From the IMG/VR virus record IMGVR_UViG_3300044630_001353: a DNA stretch of 64,000 bases. One strand, written 5' to 3'. Origin of the DNA: an uncultured virus (IMG/VR IMGVR_UViG_3300044630_001353) (Duplodnaviria > Heunggongvirae > Uroviricota > Caudoviricetes). The notes under the pieces are model-generated. The model worked only from the letters and a program-made list of their open reading frames with translations, searched no databases and was not told the DNA's origin. Positions 17,599-28,385 of the stretch are shown here, piece after piece; positions within the stretch are counted from its first letter, which is position 1; the number at the start of each line of letters is the position of its first letter. Both the position numbers and the translations under genes were made by a program.

Positions 17599-18177
17599 AT
17601 GTCACACGAAAAAGTTACAAGTCAAGATGTTGTGGACGCAGGGCTGGTGTGTGGCACACGTTCGGGCGAGTCTGCTCTGGCTATGGGCCGTTTTACGATG
17701 GAGTGTGTGGGTGCTGACGGGCAGGTGAAGTGGACCGCAACAGAACACAACTTGGTGGTGAATACGGGCCTTCAGTACATGGCGGGCAGTGCCCTGACTT
17801 CGGTTACACAGATCACAACTTGGTTCTTAGGTTTGTACGGGGCGGCTGCTTCTAATACACCGGCGGCTAGTGATACAGCATTATCACATATTGGTTGGAC
17901 AGAAATCACGCCATACAGCAACGGTGTTCGTCCTACATGCTCGTTTGCTACGGCAACGACAGCTAACCCCTCTGTGGCTACAAACGCGGCTTCTGTGGCA
18001 ACGTTTAACATTAATGCACCTGCTGTTGTGGGCGGGGCATTCTTAATTAGCAGTGACGTAAAAGGTGGCACAGGAGGCACACTGTTTTCTGCCGCTGATT
18101 TCCAATCACCCGGCGACCGGACGGTTGTATCTGGCGACACACTGAACATTACATACACACTTAGCTTGGCAGGTTAA
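17599..18177 (+). CDS. hypothetical tail-associated protein
   Basis: NLVVNTG..GDTLNITYT; beta-rich. Confidence 0.65.
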   Translation: MSHEKVTSQDVVDAGLVCGTRSGESALAMGRFTMECVGADGQVKWTATEHNLVVNTGLQYMAGSALTSVTQITTWFLGLYGAAASNTPAASDTALSHIGWTEITPYSNGVRPTCSFATATTANPSVATNAASVATFNINAPAVVGGAFLISSDVKGGTGGTLFSAADFQSPGDRTVVSGDTLNITYTLSLAG

Positions 18178-18179
18178 AT

Positions 18180-21100
18180 ATGGCGCTTGTCCTTGCCGAC
18201 CGTGTTAGGGAGACGACAACTACCGCAGGCACAGGGACAATCACCCTGCTTGGGGCAGTACCTAGCTGTCAAAGTTTTGCTGTTGTAGGCAACGGCAACA
18301 CCACGTACTACACCATCGTAGCCTATACAGGCACTGAATACGAGGTGGGCATTGGCACGTATACATCTTCTGGCACGACACTGAGCCGGGACACCGTGCT
18401 GGCATCTAGCAATGGTGGATCGCTGGTTAACTTTTCCATAGGCACTAAAGATGTATTTGTTGACTACCCCGCAGGTCGGGCTGTTTATGAAGACGCAGCA
18501 GGCAATGTAGACGGCTACCCCATCACAGGCGGCACGATTAACAACACGGTCATCGGCGGCACAACCCCTGCGGCTAGTACGTTTACTACTGTAACAACAC
18601 CTATTGTTGGGGCGGCATCTGGTTCATCTACAACTGGACTTGATTTAAACGTCAATAGCAAAGCACAAGCAAGAGTTGTTGAAATCGGTGATGGAACTCG
18701 ACCTTTAGTTATCAATGGTGGTTCAGCAGGTGGCTCTCAAAGTCCCGGATTATCAGCGCCTGTTAATTTGCATTTAAGTTCTGGAACTTCGGCTAGAGTA
18801 ATTTTCTACACTAATGGGCGTTCAGCTACACAGCAAGCAGAAGTATCACACACCGCCTCCGCAGTCAATTACCATCAACTAACAGGTTCTGCTACAGGCT
18901 CTGGCCCTATTCATTCTGTTGCTGGCTCAGACACCAACATAGACCTAAACCTGACTACCAAGGGTACTGGTAACCACGTTTTTAATTCAGGTAATGGTAC
19001 GCAATTCCGCATTGTTAACGCAAACAGTTCTGTAAATTATTTTCAAACAAATGGTGCGGCAACTGGCGGTCAACCTGGCTTTAGGGTGGATGGTTCAGAT
19101 ACAAACATCTCAACTGCTTTTACTACTAAAGGAACTGGAAGTCATTTTTTCCTTACCAATGGTTTTTCTCAAACACAACTTGTAGTAGCCCACACAGCCT
19201 CTGCTGTTAACTATGTACAAGTAACGGGGGCGGCTACTGGTGGAAGACCGACTATTATCGCACAAGGTAGCGACACAAACATAAACTTTGTCGTTGCAAG
19301 TAAAGGTTCTGGTTCTGTGGGCCTTAGAACTGACTCAAGCACAACGCAAGTATCTGTAATTCATACTGCAAGCGCAGTTAACTTTTTAACAGCAACTGGT
19401 TCTGTCGCAGGTTCAGGCCCTATATTTAGCGTTGCTGGCACAGACACCAATATAGACCTAAACGCAACGTCTAAAGGCACTGGTAACATCAACCTTGGTA
19501 CTGGCAACGGTACGCAATTTAGGGTTGAATCTTCAGGCTCTGCGGCAACAGATTTTGTAATGGTCGGTGGTTCAAACACTGGTCGCCCTTTTATACGTTC
19601 TGCTTCTGCCAGCGGAAATATTGATTTAGCCGTAAGCTCACAAGGAACTGGCGCTGTAAGGCTTTACACAAACTTTGTAGGCCAAGAGCAAGCCCGTGTT
19701 TCCCACACAGCCAGCGCAGTCAACTACCTACAAGCCACAGGCGGTGCTACAGGTTCAGGCGTTACCTTATCAGCGCAAGGTTCAGACACAAACATTGACA
19801 TCAACCTAGTACCAAAGGGTACAGGCACTACTGTTTATACAGGCGGTGTAACTGTCAATGGGTTGCTTACTGCTCAGACAGAAGTGTTAAAGGGTAGTGG
19901 TCAGAATTTCCTACTATGGTCTGCTGACTTTTCCAATGCAGTTTGGGGCGGAGTTAGTTCTAATGTCACAAGAACTACAACGACAATTGATTTTACAAAT
20001 GCTTCGGCTTACGCATATCAACTTGCAGACCCTGCTGTTACGGGTAGTACATATACATTTTCTGTAACTTTATCAAGCACTAATAAGACAGCGATTGCAA
20101 TTAGATTAGTTGGTAGTGCAACTAGTGGTGGAAATCAATCTTTAATTACATTAACCGCAACACCAACCCGATATTCTGTAACCGCAACTTTACCATCAGG
20201 TAACACAGCATTTATTGCTGGCTTTGAAAATAGGGTTGCACAAGGCGGTGATGGTTCTTTAGGTTCAATTACTGTAAGTAATGCACAACTTGAACTAGGC
20301 TCGACAGTTAACACATACATTGCAACAACGACAGCTAAAGTTTACGGAACTCCTACCCTATCCTTTTCAGGTGTTTCAACAATAGGATTAGAGTCTAACG
20401 GCTCACTCTTTGTTCAACCCGCTGGTACTGGTGCATTACAAGCACAAGCCACTACGTCATCCACGGTTGGTGGTAATGCCCGTGGTGTTAATGCTGTTGA
20501 TTGGCAGACTGCTAGAAGTGCGGCAAGTCAAGTTGCTTCAGCGCAACTAAGCGTTATAGGCGGTGGAACAAACAATACAGTCACAGGCCCAATAGCTGGT
20601 ATTTTAAGTGGTGGTTTTAATTCAGTATTTGCACAATATGCTGTAGTTGCTGGAGGTGCGGCAAATGCCGCTGGTCAGTACGCTTCTGGTATTCTTGCTG
20701 GTCAATCAAATCAAGCGTTAGGATATTTTAATCTTATTGGTGGTGGATTTACTAATAGTGCAACATCTGGTTCTGCTGTAACCACCCAATCTGCCACGAT
20801 GAACGCAACCACGGCAGTAACGCTGTCAGGTAGCAACGCTAACATCAAAGTTGGTCAGTACATCACAGGCACTTCCATAGCCTCAGACACCTATGTATTC
20901 GCTATCAGTGGCACATCACTTACGCTGTCTAAGGTAGCAAGCGGTTCATCAACATCAACCCTATCTTTTTTTACACCACACGGAGTAGTAGTAGGAGGTG
21001 GAAACAACACCGCAACAGGTAGTTACAGCTTCATAGGGGGAGGGGGCGACGCCGGAGCGGTTTATCAACGAAACGTAGCATCTGGTGATTGGTCTACTGT

Positions 21101-21887
21101 TGTTGGCGGAATAGATAATGTTGCGTCTGGTATCGCATCTTTTGTTGGCGGCGGAGGAACTTATACTGGCGGTTTTATTAACGGTAATACTTCCAGTGGT
21201 GATTTTTCTGTAACTGGCGGCGGGTTACAAAATTTTTCAAGTGGTTTTGGTTCAGCAGTTTTAGGTGGATTTTTAAACTCTGCAAGCACAACTTATACCG
21301 TTGTAGCTGGTGGACAACAAAATTCCGCCAGTAATCTTTATGCATTTGTTGGTGGTGGAGTTGCCAATGCCGCAAACGGGTATGCATCTACTATTGCAGG
21401 TGGCTTTTATGGAATTACCAGAGGCATTACAGGCTACTACGCATTCCCTGCGTGTGTTCAGCCCATTGCTAATGCGGCTGGTGTTTCACAAGGCGGCTTG
21501 TTAATTTTGGGTCGGCAAACAACCGATGCAACAGCCACCCGATTAACTTCTGATGCAAATTCGGCAGGTATTGTCAACCAAGTAATCATGCCAAACAACT
21601 CAGCCTATGCGTTTAGAGGAACTGTTATTGCTAACGTAACAGGTGCGGCTAATGGTGCTTCGTGGTCATTTGAAGGTGCAATCATGCGAGGTGCTAATGC
21701 GGCTTCGACTGTGCTGATGGGAACACCCGCAATTAACCGAGTGGCGGCAACAGCAGGGGCTACTGCGTGGGTTATCGCTTTAACTGCTGACACTACGAAT
21801 GGCGGCTTGGCAGTAACAGTAACAGGCGCGGCATCTACAACTATACGTTGGGTCTGCAAGGCCGAAACAACTGAGGTGACTTTCTAA
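18180..21887 (+). CDS. tail fibre protein 1
   Basis: MALVLADRVRETTTT anchor; repeated HTASAVNY..GSDTNI..KGTG units; Gly-rich beta-roll repeats near the C-terminus. Confidence 0.8.
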   Translation: MALVLADRVRETTTTAGTGTITLLGAVPSCQSFAVVGNGNTTYYTIVAYTGTEYEVGIGTYTSSGTTLSRDTVLASSNGGSLVNFSIGTKDVFVDYPAGRAVYEDAAGNVDGYPITGGTINNTVIGGTTPAASTFTTVTTPIVGAASGSSTTGLDLNVNSKAQARVVEIGDGTRPLVINGGSAGGSQSPGLSAPVNLHLSSGTSARVIFYTNGRSATQQAEVSHTASAVNYHQLTGSATGSGPIHSVAGSDTNIDLNLTTKGTGNHVFNSGNGTQFRIVNANSSVNYFQTNGAATGGQPGFRVDGSDTNISTAFTTKGTGSHFFLTNGFSQTQLVVAHTASAVNYVQVTGAATGGRPTIIAQGSDTNINFVVASKGSGSVGLRTDSSTTQVSVIHTASAVNFLTATGSVAGSGPIFSVAGTDTNIDLNATSKGTGNINLGTGNGTQFRVESSGSAATDFVMVGGSNTGRPFIRSASASGNIDLAVSSQGTGAVRLYTNFVGQEQARVSHTASAVNYLQATGGATGSGVTLSAQGSDTNIDINLVPKGTGTTVYTGGVTVNGLLTAQTEVLKGSGQNFLLWSADFSNAVWGGVSSNVTRTTTTIDFTNASAYAYQLADPAVTGSTYTFSVTLSSTNKTAIAIRLVGSATSGGNQSLITLTATPTRYSVTATLPSGNTAFIAGFENRVAQGGDGSLGSITVSNAQLELGSTVNTYIATTTAKVYGTPTLSFSGVSTIGLESNGSLFVQPAGTGALQAQATTSSTVGGNARGVNAVDWQTARSAASQVASAQLSVIGGGTNNTVTGPIAGILSGGFNSVFAQYAVVAGGAANAAGQYASGILAGQSNQALGYFNLIGGGFTNSATSGSAVTTQSATMNATTAVTLSGSNANIKVGQYITGTSIASDTYVFAISGTSLTLSKVASGSSTSTLSFFTPHGVVVGGGNNTATGSYSFIGGGGDAGAVYQRNVASGDWSTVVGGIDNVASGIASFVGGGGTYTGGFINGNTSSGDFSVTGGGLQNFSSGFGSAVLGGFLNSASTTYTVVAGGQQNSASNLYAFVGGGVANAANGYASTIAGGFYGITRGITGYYAFPACVQPIANAAGVSQGGLLILGRQTTDATATRLTSDANSAGIVNQVIMPNNSAYAFRGTVIANVTGAANGASWSFEGAIMRGANAASTVLMGTPAINRVAATAGATAWVIALTADTTNGGLAVTVTGAASTTIRWVCKAETTEVTF

Positions 21888-24800
21888 TGGCTATCAATCT
21901 TGACCACGTAACGGAACAAATCACAGTAACTGATACTGCGGCTAATGCATCGTTGACTGTTAATCCTAAAGGCACAGGTGCGTTTAACGTAGCCGCTGGT
22001 AGTTCAGGGGTGAACATATCTAATGGTGGTACTGTTACTGCTATTACGAGGACTGCTGTAGGTTCAGGCTATACAAGTTTTCCTTCAATTGTTATTTCAG
22101 CCCCTACGACTGCTGGTGGCGTACAAGCAACTGCGGTTATCAATCAGATGCTTGCAAATAACCCAACAACTGCTGCATCTGGAGGAACTGGATACACGGT
22201 TGGCGATGTATTAACTGTTGTTGGTGGAACGCCAACTGCTGGTGGCGCAACATTTACAGTTACTTCGGTATCAGGTGGGGTTGTTACTGCGGTCACCGCC
22301 ACAAACTTTGCCAACTATTTTGCGTTGCCAACAAACCCCGTTACAACTACTGGTGGCACTGGCACAGGCTGCACATTAAATGTCACATACGGAACGCAAA
22401 CTGGTGGCTACACCATCACCAACGCGGGTTCAGGTTATGTTGAGCAACCCGCAACCACATTTAGCGGAGGTGGTGGTTCTGGTGCGGCGGCTTATGCAAC
22501 GGTGGGTATCCCTCCAATTATTCGCAGTCTTGCGGGAGCGGGCGCTGGAGCGCAATCATTATCTTTTTATAGTTCTTCAGGTGAAGCCTTTAGGTTAAAC
22601 ACATCTACAACAAGTTTGCCTGCAATAAATTTTGGTTTTGTATCACCCGGCGCTCAAAACAACGGCATACAAATTGGTTCTCTAGGTGCAGATTCAAATG
22701 TATGGTTAGGTCTTGTCACTAAAGGAACAGGTAACTTTCAATTTTTATCTAATACGGGCAATAGCGAACAAGTAAGAATTGCACACACAACCAACACAGT
22801 CAACTACGTCAATATGACAGGTGCGGCTACAGGCTCAGGGCCAACGATAAGCGCACAGGGAAGTGATACAAATGCTGATTTGAACTTGACTACCAAAGGT
22901 ACTGGTAATATTAAATTTAATAATGCTGGCGGCACATTTGCAAACTTTACATCTACTGGTGGAACGCTTGTTTCTTATCCTGAGTTTGCTGGTTCACAGT
23001 TTCCAAATGTAGCGTATTACGGGGTTGGTGGTACTGGCGCAAATATTAGTTTGCAAATTGGCTCTAAAGGAACTGGAGCTGTAATTTTTCAAACCGCCTT
23101 TGCAACACAATTTCAAATAGCTAACACAGCCTCTGCTGTTAACTATGTACAGGCTACAGGAGCAGTAACAGGTGGTAATCCTGTTATTTCAGCGCAAGGT
23201 TCAGACACAAACGTAGGATTAGCATTTTTAAACAAAGGTACATCTGCTTTTGGATTTAGGAATGATGCAACAGCAGGCGCATTAGGGCTAGAACTTGCTG
23301 ACAATACAACTGTTGATAAAACTGTTTACATTGACTTTCACTCATCTGCAAGTACAGATTTTGATTACCGCCTTTCAAGAAATCCCGGCGTAAATGGTAA
23401 TGCGGTATATCAAATTGCAGGAACTGGCTCTCATGTTTTTTATACAGGAACAACTGCTAATCAATTAACTGCAGTTCATACAGCATCAGCCGTTAACTGG
23501 GTACAAGTTTCTGGAGCGGCTACTGGTGGTAATCCTTATGTTTCAGCACAGGGTTCAGACACAAATGTTAGTTTGACATTGTCAACCAAGGGTACTGGTG
23601 GATTTCAGTTGGCCGCCAATGGAAATTCTGTGTTTACAGGTAATGGCGGAACGCACTTCCGTGTTCGTACTGACCTTGCTAGTGCTACTGGTTTTTGGGA
23701 AGTGTTTGGTACTACTGGTGGGCCAATATTTCGTTCAACAGCAACTACTGGCTTAATTCAAACTTCTGGTGGACAGTTATCACTTCAAACAGATACATCA
23801 GGCACAACACAACTTGCAGTAGCCCACACAGCATCTGCTGTTAACTACGTACAGGTTAATGGGGCAACTACAGGCAACAGGCCGACCATTTCAGCGCAAG
23901 GTAGTGATGCCAACGTAGCCTTAGCGCTATCCGCAAAAGCTGGCGGTAATATGTTTTTTACCGCTTCTAGTTTTTTTGATTTTACGTTATCTGGTGGGAC
24001 TCAATTTAGAACTACAAACACAGCCTCTGCTGTTAACTATGTACAGGTAAACGGTGCTGCAACCGGGGACCGACCCCTTGTGTCCGTGCAGGGCAGCGAT
24101 GCAAACATAAACATGGGGGTGCTTGCTAAGGGGTCTGGTGCTGTGTATTTGCAGAGCGGCTCTGGAGCAGCCCTTGAGGCGACTGCAACAGGCAGTGCTA
24201 ATTACTTTGCAATGGTTGGTACTGCCGCTGGAATTGCTCCAGTTTTATCTGTTAAAGGCTCAGACACCAACATCTCCCAAGTAGTCCAATCCAAAGGCAC
24301 GGGAGCAATTAACCTAGCCTCTGGTATTTCTGGGCTGAACCTGAGCAACGGTACTACTGTTACTGCGATTACGAACACAGCAACGGGAAGTTACACAAGC
24401 ATTCCGTCTGTAGCTGTTTCTGCACCGACAACAGCAGGTGGTGTTCAAGCCACAGCGTCTGTCTCGACCATGACGCCAACTGGTGTTATTGCAATTGTTG
24501 CTGGAGGCACTGGTTACACAGCCGGAGATGTGTTGACGGTTTCTGGTGGAACGCTTACCAGCGGAACAACGCAGATTACTGTTTCAACTGTTTCTGCGGG
24601 TGTTATTACTGCGGCCACAGTTAGCAGTTTTGGCGTGTACAGCGCATTGCCAGCCAACCCCGCAAGCGTTACTGGCGGAACAGGTTCTGGCGCTACGTTT
24701 ACGGTTAATTACCGTCTGTTTGCTGCCCTTACCATCACCAACGCAGGTAGCGGTTACGTAGAACAACCTTTAGTAACCTTTAGCGGTGGCGGTGGTTCTG

Positions 24801-26881
24801 GTGCGGCGGCTTATGCGACTGTAGGCTCAAATGTAAATGTTCGTAGTCTTGGCGGCGGATTTCAGTTTTATACTACATCGGGAGTTTCTGGCCATCCGTC
24901 TTTTGTAGTTGGTGGTGCATCTGCTGGAACAACATCAAACTATCTACTAACACTTGCTGGCGGCCCCGGTGGTGGTGTATTTGTGGGCGCTAATGGAATT
25001 GATACAAATATCAATACGGTTTGGTATTCAAAAGGTTCTGGAACGCAATATTTTGCTTCTGGTGGTGGCGGAACAAATCAATTCCAAATAACTCACACAG
25101 CCTCTGCGGTTAATTTCGTGCAAGTAACGGGGTCGGTTACTGGCGCATCACCAATAATTTCAACGCAGGGTTCTGACGCTGTTGTTAGTTTGGTGTTAAG
25201 AACTAAAGGCACAGGATCAAACATTGTTCCGCAGTTTGATGGCGGCATGTATTTTCAAAACTTGTCCTCACGAAATCAATTTGTTGTACTTAACACCGCC
25301 TCCGCTGAGAACTATATCCAAGTGACCGGTTCAACCCTTTCTAACGGCCCCACTATTTCTGCGCAAGGTGCTGCTGGAAGTGTAGATTTAAAGTTGGCTA
25401 GTAAAGGCTATGGCGGACTTCTGTTTTATGCAAACGCTACTGACTTACAGTTTTCTATAGGACTAACTTTTTCTCCTGTTAACTTTTTTAGAGTAACTGG
25501 TAGCACCGCTGGAGTTGGTCTTGTTTTAACTGCCCAAGGCTCTGACACTAATATCCCAGTGGCTATTCAGCCCAAAGGTACTGGTGCGTTACAGGCTCAA
25601 TTAACAGACTCTACAGCAACAGGCGGTAATGCTCGTGGTGCTAATGCAATAGATTTTCAAACAAGTAGAAATGCTGCTTCTCAGGTTGCAAGCGGCTCAA
25701 ATTCTGTTGTTGGTGGTGGATCACGGAACACCGCATCTGGCTCACTAACATCTGTAGTCGGAGGCTTTAGTAACAGTGCCACTGGCTACGCAGCAACTAT
25801 TGTTGGCGGAATTAGCCACACTGCGGCAGGGTACTACAACTTTATTGGCGGTGGTTTTACAAATAGTGGTACTTCTAGCACGGTGGTAACAAGTCAAAAC
25901 GGAACACTAACTTCGGGATCACAATTTGTTACTTTAACCGGTAGCAATGCAAGTATTAAAGTTGGTCAGTACATTACTGGAGCACTGGTTGATACTGATA
26001 CATATGTTCTATCAATTAGCGGTACAGGTTTACTATTAAGCAAGCCAGCTTTAGCTGCTGGAAACGTGGTTTTATCTTTCTTTACCCCCCACGGCGTGGT
26101 GGTCGGCGGCGGTAACAATACCGCTACCGGTTCATATTCCTTTATTGGCGGCGGTGGTGATGCGGGAGATGCGGCTAATAGAAACGTAGCTTCTGGTGAT
26201 TGGTCATTTGTTGGCGGTGGAAAAACTAATACTTCAAGTGGAATTTTATCAACAATAGCAGGTGGTTGGAGTAACACAGCAAGTGGTCAAAATTCATTTA
26301 TAGGTAGTGGTTTTGGAAATGTAGCAAGTGGATTTTCTTCTTCTATAGTTGGCGGCAACTCAAACATTTCTAATTCTACTTATTCTTATTCATCAGGGTT
26401 TTATGCTACTACTAGAGGTATAGGTGGCTATCATGCTTTTGGTGCTAATGTTGCGCCAATAGCAAATGCAAACGGAGTATCGCAGTCAGGATTACTTGTT
26501 CTTGGTGTTCAAACTACAGATGCAACTGCAACTGTATTACGTTCAGATACAGCAGCCGCAGGCACAACCAATCAAGTCATCCTACCCAACAACTCTGCCT
26601 ATTTCTTTACAGGAGAAGTAGTAGCAGGTAAGACCGCAGGTGGCGATACTAAAGGATGGACTATTGAGGGTGTCATCAAGCGTGGTGCTAATGCCGCCAG
26701 CACAGCCCTAGTAGGAACACCAACAGTCACCTCAACATACGCAGATGCAGGGGCATCAACTTGGGTGATAGCAGTAACAGCAGATACTACAAACGGTGGT
26801 ATAAAAGTTACATTCACAGGGCAAGCAAGTACTACAATACGAACCGTTGCGCAAATCCGCACAACCGAAATGACTTATTGA
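21887..26881 (+). CDS. tail fibre protein 2 (paralogue of fibre 1)
   Basis: Same ~55-aa repeat many times; same C-terminal module. Confidence 0.8.
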   Translation: MAINLDHVTEQITVTDTAANASLTVNPKGTGAFNVAAGSSGVNISNGGTVTAITRTAVGSGYTSFPSIVISAPTTAGGVQATAVINQMLANNPTTAASGGTGYTVGDVLTVVGGTPTAGGATFTVTSVSGGVVTAVTATNFANYFALPTNPVTTTGGTGTGCTLNVTYGTQTGGYTITNAGSGYVEQPATTFSGGGGSGAAAYATVGIPPIIRSLAGAGAGAQSLSFYSSSGEAFRLNTSTTSLPAINFGFVSPGAQNNGIQIGSLGADSNVWLGLVTKGTGNFQFLSNTGNSEQVRIAHTTNTVNYVNMTGAATGSGPTISAQGSDTNADLNLTTKGTGNIKFNNAGGTFANFTSTGGTLVSYPEFAGSQFPNVAYYGVGGTGANISLQIGSKGTGAVIFQTAFATQFQIANTASAVNYVQATGAVTGGNPVISAQGSDTNVGLAFLNKGTSAFGFRNDATAGALGLELADNTTVDKTVYIDFHSSASTDFDYRLSRNPGVNGNAVYQIAGTGSHVFYTGTTANQLTAVHTASAVNWVQVSGAATGGNPYVSAQGSDTNVSLTLSTKGTGGFQLAANGNSVFTGNGGTHFRVRTDLASATGFWEVFGTTGGPIFRSTATTGLIQTSGGQLSLQTDTSGTTQLAVAHTASAVNYVQVNGATTGNRPTISAQGSDANVALALSAKAGGNMFFTASSFFDFTLSGGTQFRTTNTASAVNYVQVNGAATGDRPLVSVQGSDANINMGVLAKGSGAVYLQSGSGAALEATATGSANYFAMVGTAAGIAPVLSVKGSDTNISQVVQSKGTGAINLASGISGLNLSNGTTVTAITNTATGSYTSIPSVAVSAPTTAGGVQATASVSTMTPTGVIAIVAGGTGYTAGDVLTVSGGTLTSGTTQITVSTVSAGVITAATVSSFGVYSALPANPASVTGGTGSGATFTVNYRLFAALTITNAGSGYVEQPLVTFSGGGGSGAAAYATVGSNVNVRSLGGGFQFYTTSGVSGHPSFVVGGASAGTTSNYLLTLAGGPGGGVFVGANGIDTNINTVWYSKGSGTQYFASGGGGTNQFQITHTASAVNFVQVTGSVTGASPIISTQGSDAVVSLVLRTKGTGSNIVPQFDGGMYFQNLSSRNQFVVLNTASAENYIQVTGSTLSNGPTISAQGAAGSVDLKLASKGYGGLLFYANATDLQFSIGLTFSPVNFFRVTGSTAGVGLVLTAQGSDTNIPVAIQPKGTGALQAQLTDSTATGGNARGANAIDFQTSRNAASQVASGSNSVVGGGSRNTASGSLTSVVGGFSNSATGYAATIVGGISHTAAGYYNFIGGGFTNSGTSSTVVTSQNGTLTSGSQFVTLTGSNASIKVGQYITGALVDTDTYVLSISGTGLLLSKPALAAGNVVLSFFTPHGVVVGGGNNTATGSYSFIGGGGDAGDAANRNVASGDWSFVGGGKTNTSSGILSTIAGGWSNTASGQNSFIGSGFGNVASGFSSSIVGGNSNISNSTYSYSSGFYATTRGIGGYHAFGANVAPIANANGVSQSGLLVLGVQTTDATATVLRSDTAAAGTTNQVILPNNSAYFFTGEVVAGKTAGGDTKGWTIEGVIKRGANAASTALVGTPTVTSTYADAGASTWVIAVTADTTNGGIKVTFTGQASTTIRTVAQIRTTEMTY

Positions 26882-26899
26882 TTGTTAACAGGAGAACCT

Positions 26900-27064
26900 A
26901 TGAGACTTGAATTATCAGATGACGAAGTAAAATTTATCATGGATGTTTTGGGCGAAATGCCGTCTAAAACAGGTGCTTTTCTGGTGATGAACAACATTGC
27001 CAAACAGCAACAAGAAGCCGCTCAATTTGAGCAAGTCAAGGCGCAAGCCATCACACAGGAGTAA
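26900..27064 (+). CDS. hypothetical protein (possible fibre chaperone)
   Basis: AGGAGA RBS before MRLELS. Confidence 0.6.
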   Translation: MRLELSDDEVKFIMDVLGEMPSKTGAFLVMNNIAKQQQEAAQFEQVKAQAITQE

Positions 27065-27067
27065 ATC

Positions 27068-27370
27068 ATGGCATTTGTATGGACAATTAACTCACTTCAG
27101 GTAATGAACACGCCTGAACCCCAAACCGTGGTGATGAGTAACTTCACCATTGCTAAAGACGGCCAACAGGTCAACTACTCGGTTAACTTGCTACCTGCAA
27201 ACCCCGATGACTTCACGCCATTTGACCAAATTACACAGGCACAAGCCCTTGAGTGGACACAAGCCGCCCTTGGCCCTGAACGTGTAGCCGCCATGGAAAA
27301 CGAAGTGGACATGCTTATTGCACAGGCCGCTATTCCTACGCCCCAGCCTGCTCCTTTACCTTGGAACTAA
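27068..27370 (+). CDS. putative tail fibre assembly protein
   Basis: FTPFDQITQAQALEW..PLPW, typical of small fibre-associated proteins. Confidence 0.65.
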   Translation: MAFVWTINSLQVMNTPEPQTVVMSNFTIAKDGQQVNYSVNLLPANPDDFTPFDQITQAQALEWTQAALGPERVAAMENEVDMLIAQAAIPTPQPAPLPWN

Positions 27371-27374
27371 CATT

Positions 27375-27644
27375 ATGGCCCTCAAGATAACAGCCATTAA
27401 CAACACCAATGGTCAGTCTGAAACGCAGGCTTACGCTAGGATTACAAACTTTTTTGGCACTAAAGACCAGCTTCAAGTGCAGGTCGAGATTCACGCCACG
27501 GAAGAAGCCCGCCGTGCAGGCTGGCCCAGCATCCAACAGCAGGCCCACTATATCAACATGGAAGACCTGTCGGGCGATCTAATCCCTGCGATTTACGAAG
27601 TGTTGAAAACGTTTACTCAGTACGCTCACGCACAAGACTGCTAA
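27375..27644 (+). CDS. hypothetical protein
   Basis: ORF MALKITA in the tail operon. Confidence 0.65.
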   Translation: MALKITAINNTNGQSETQAYARITNFFGTKDQLQVQVEIHATEEARRAGWPSIQQQAHYINMEDLSGDLIPAIYEVLKTFTQYAHAQDC

Positions 27645-28310
27645 ATGTTTGGGTTTAATGCTTTCTCGCAGGCACCCATATCGTCTCTATTACTGAGCGC
27701 GTATGCGGCTGTCCTTGCGGAAAGCGCTGTAGCAACTGATGCCGCCAATGCCCAAAGAGGGCAGGGTGCACTGGTAGCCGAATTTGCTATAGCCACAGAC
27801 AGTTTAAACGCTGCAGCAGGATTTAAGCCCGTCATTGCCGAATCTGCTACAGCAACGGATAGTTTAAACGCTGCCGCCGCCTTATTAGCTGCTATTAGCG
27901 AAAGTGCAACAGCAACGGATACTACCTCTGCCTTTGCTACATTTGTAGCAGCCTTACAGGAAAGCGCGGCAGCTACAGATTCTGTGCTGGCTACCATGAC
28001 ATTTGGCGCGGTGGTCAGCGAAAGCTCTTTTGCCACGGACGACTACAACCCTGCGGGGAGTATCTATAACGTCACCCTGCTGACCAGTCTGACCGCATCC
28101 GATGCGTTCTTTGCTACGTATCTGTGGGAGCCGGTGGACGACAGTCAGATTGCTAACTGGGGTGACATTAACAATACCCAATCTGCGGGCTGGACAAATG
28201 TAGATAACAACCAGACCATAAACTGGCAAAATGTAGACAATACGCAGAACCCCGGTTGGGGTGATGTAGACGATTCGCAAACACCGGGTTGGTACCCGGT
28301 CATTCCGTAA
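27645..28310 (+). CDS. Ala-rich repeat tail-associated protein
   Basis: MFGFNAFSQAP start; ~20-aa ESATATDS repeats; W..VD..Q repeats at the C-terminus. Confidence 0.7.
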   Translation: MFGFNAFSQAPISSLLLSAYAAVLAESAVATDAANAQRGQGALVAEFAIATDSLNAAAGFKPVIAESATATDSLNAAAALLAAISESATATDTTSAFATFVAALQESAAATDSVLATMTFGAVVSESSFATDDYNPAGSIYNVTLLTSLTASDAFFATYLWEPVDDSQIANWGDINNTQSAGWTNVDNNQTINWQNVDNTQNPGWGDVDDSQTPGWYPVIP

Positions 28311-28385
28311 AGGCACAAAATGCCCACAGTCGCAATGTTTCCGAGTTTTGCTAGCGCTTTTTTTGATTTTTTTTGAGGACTTATC

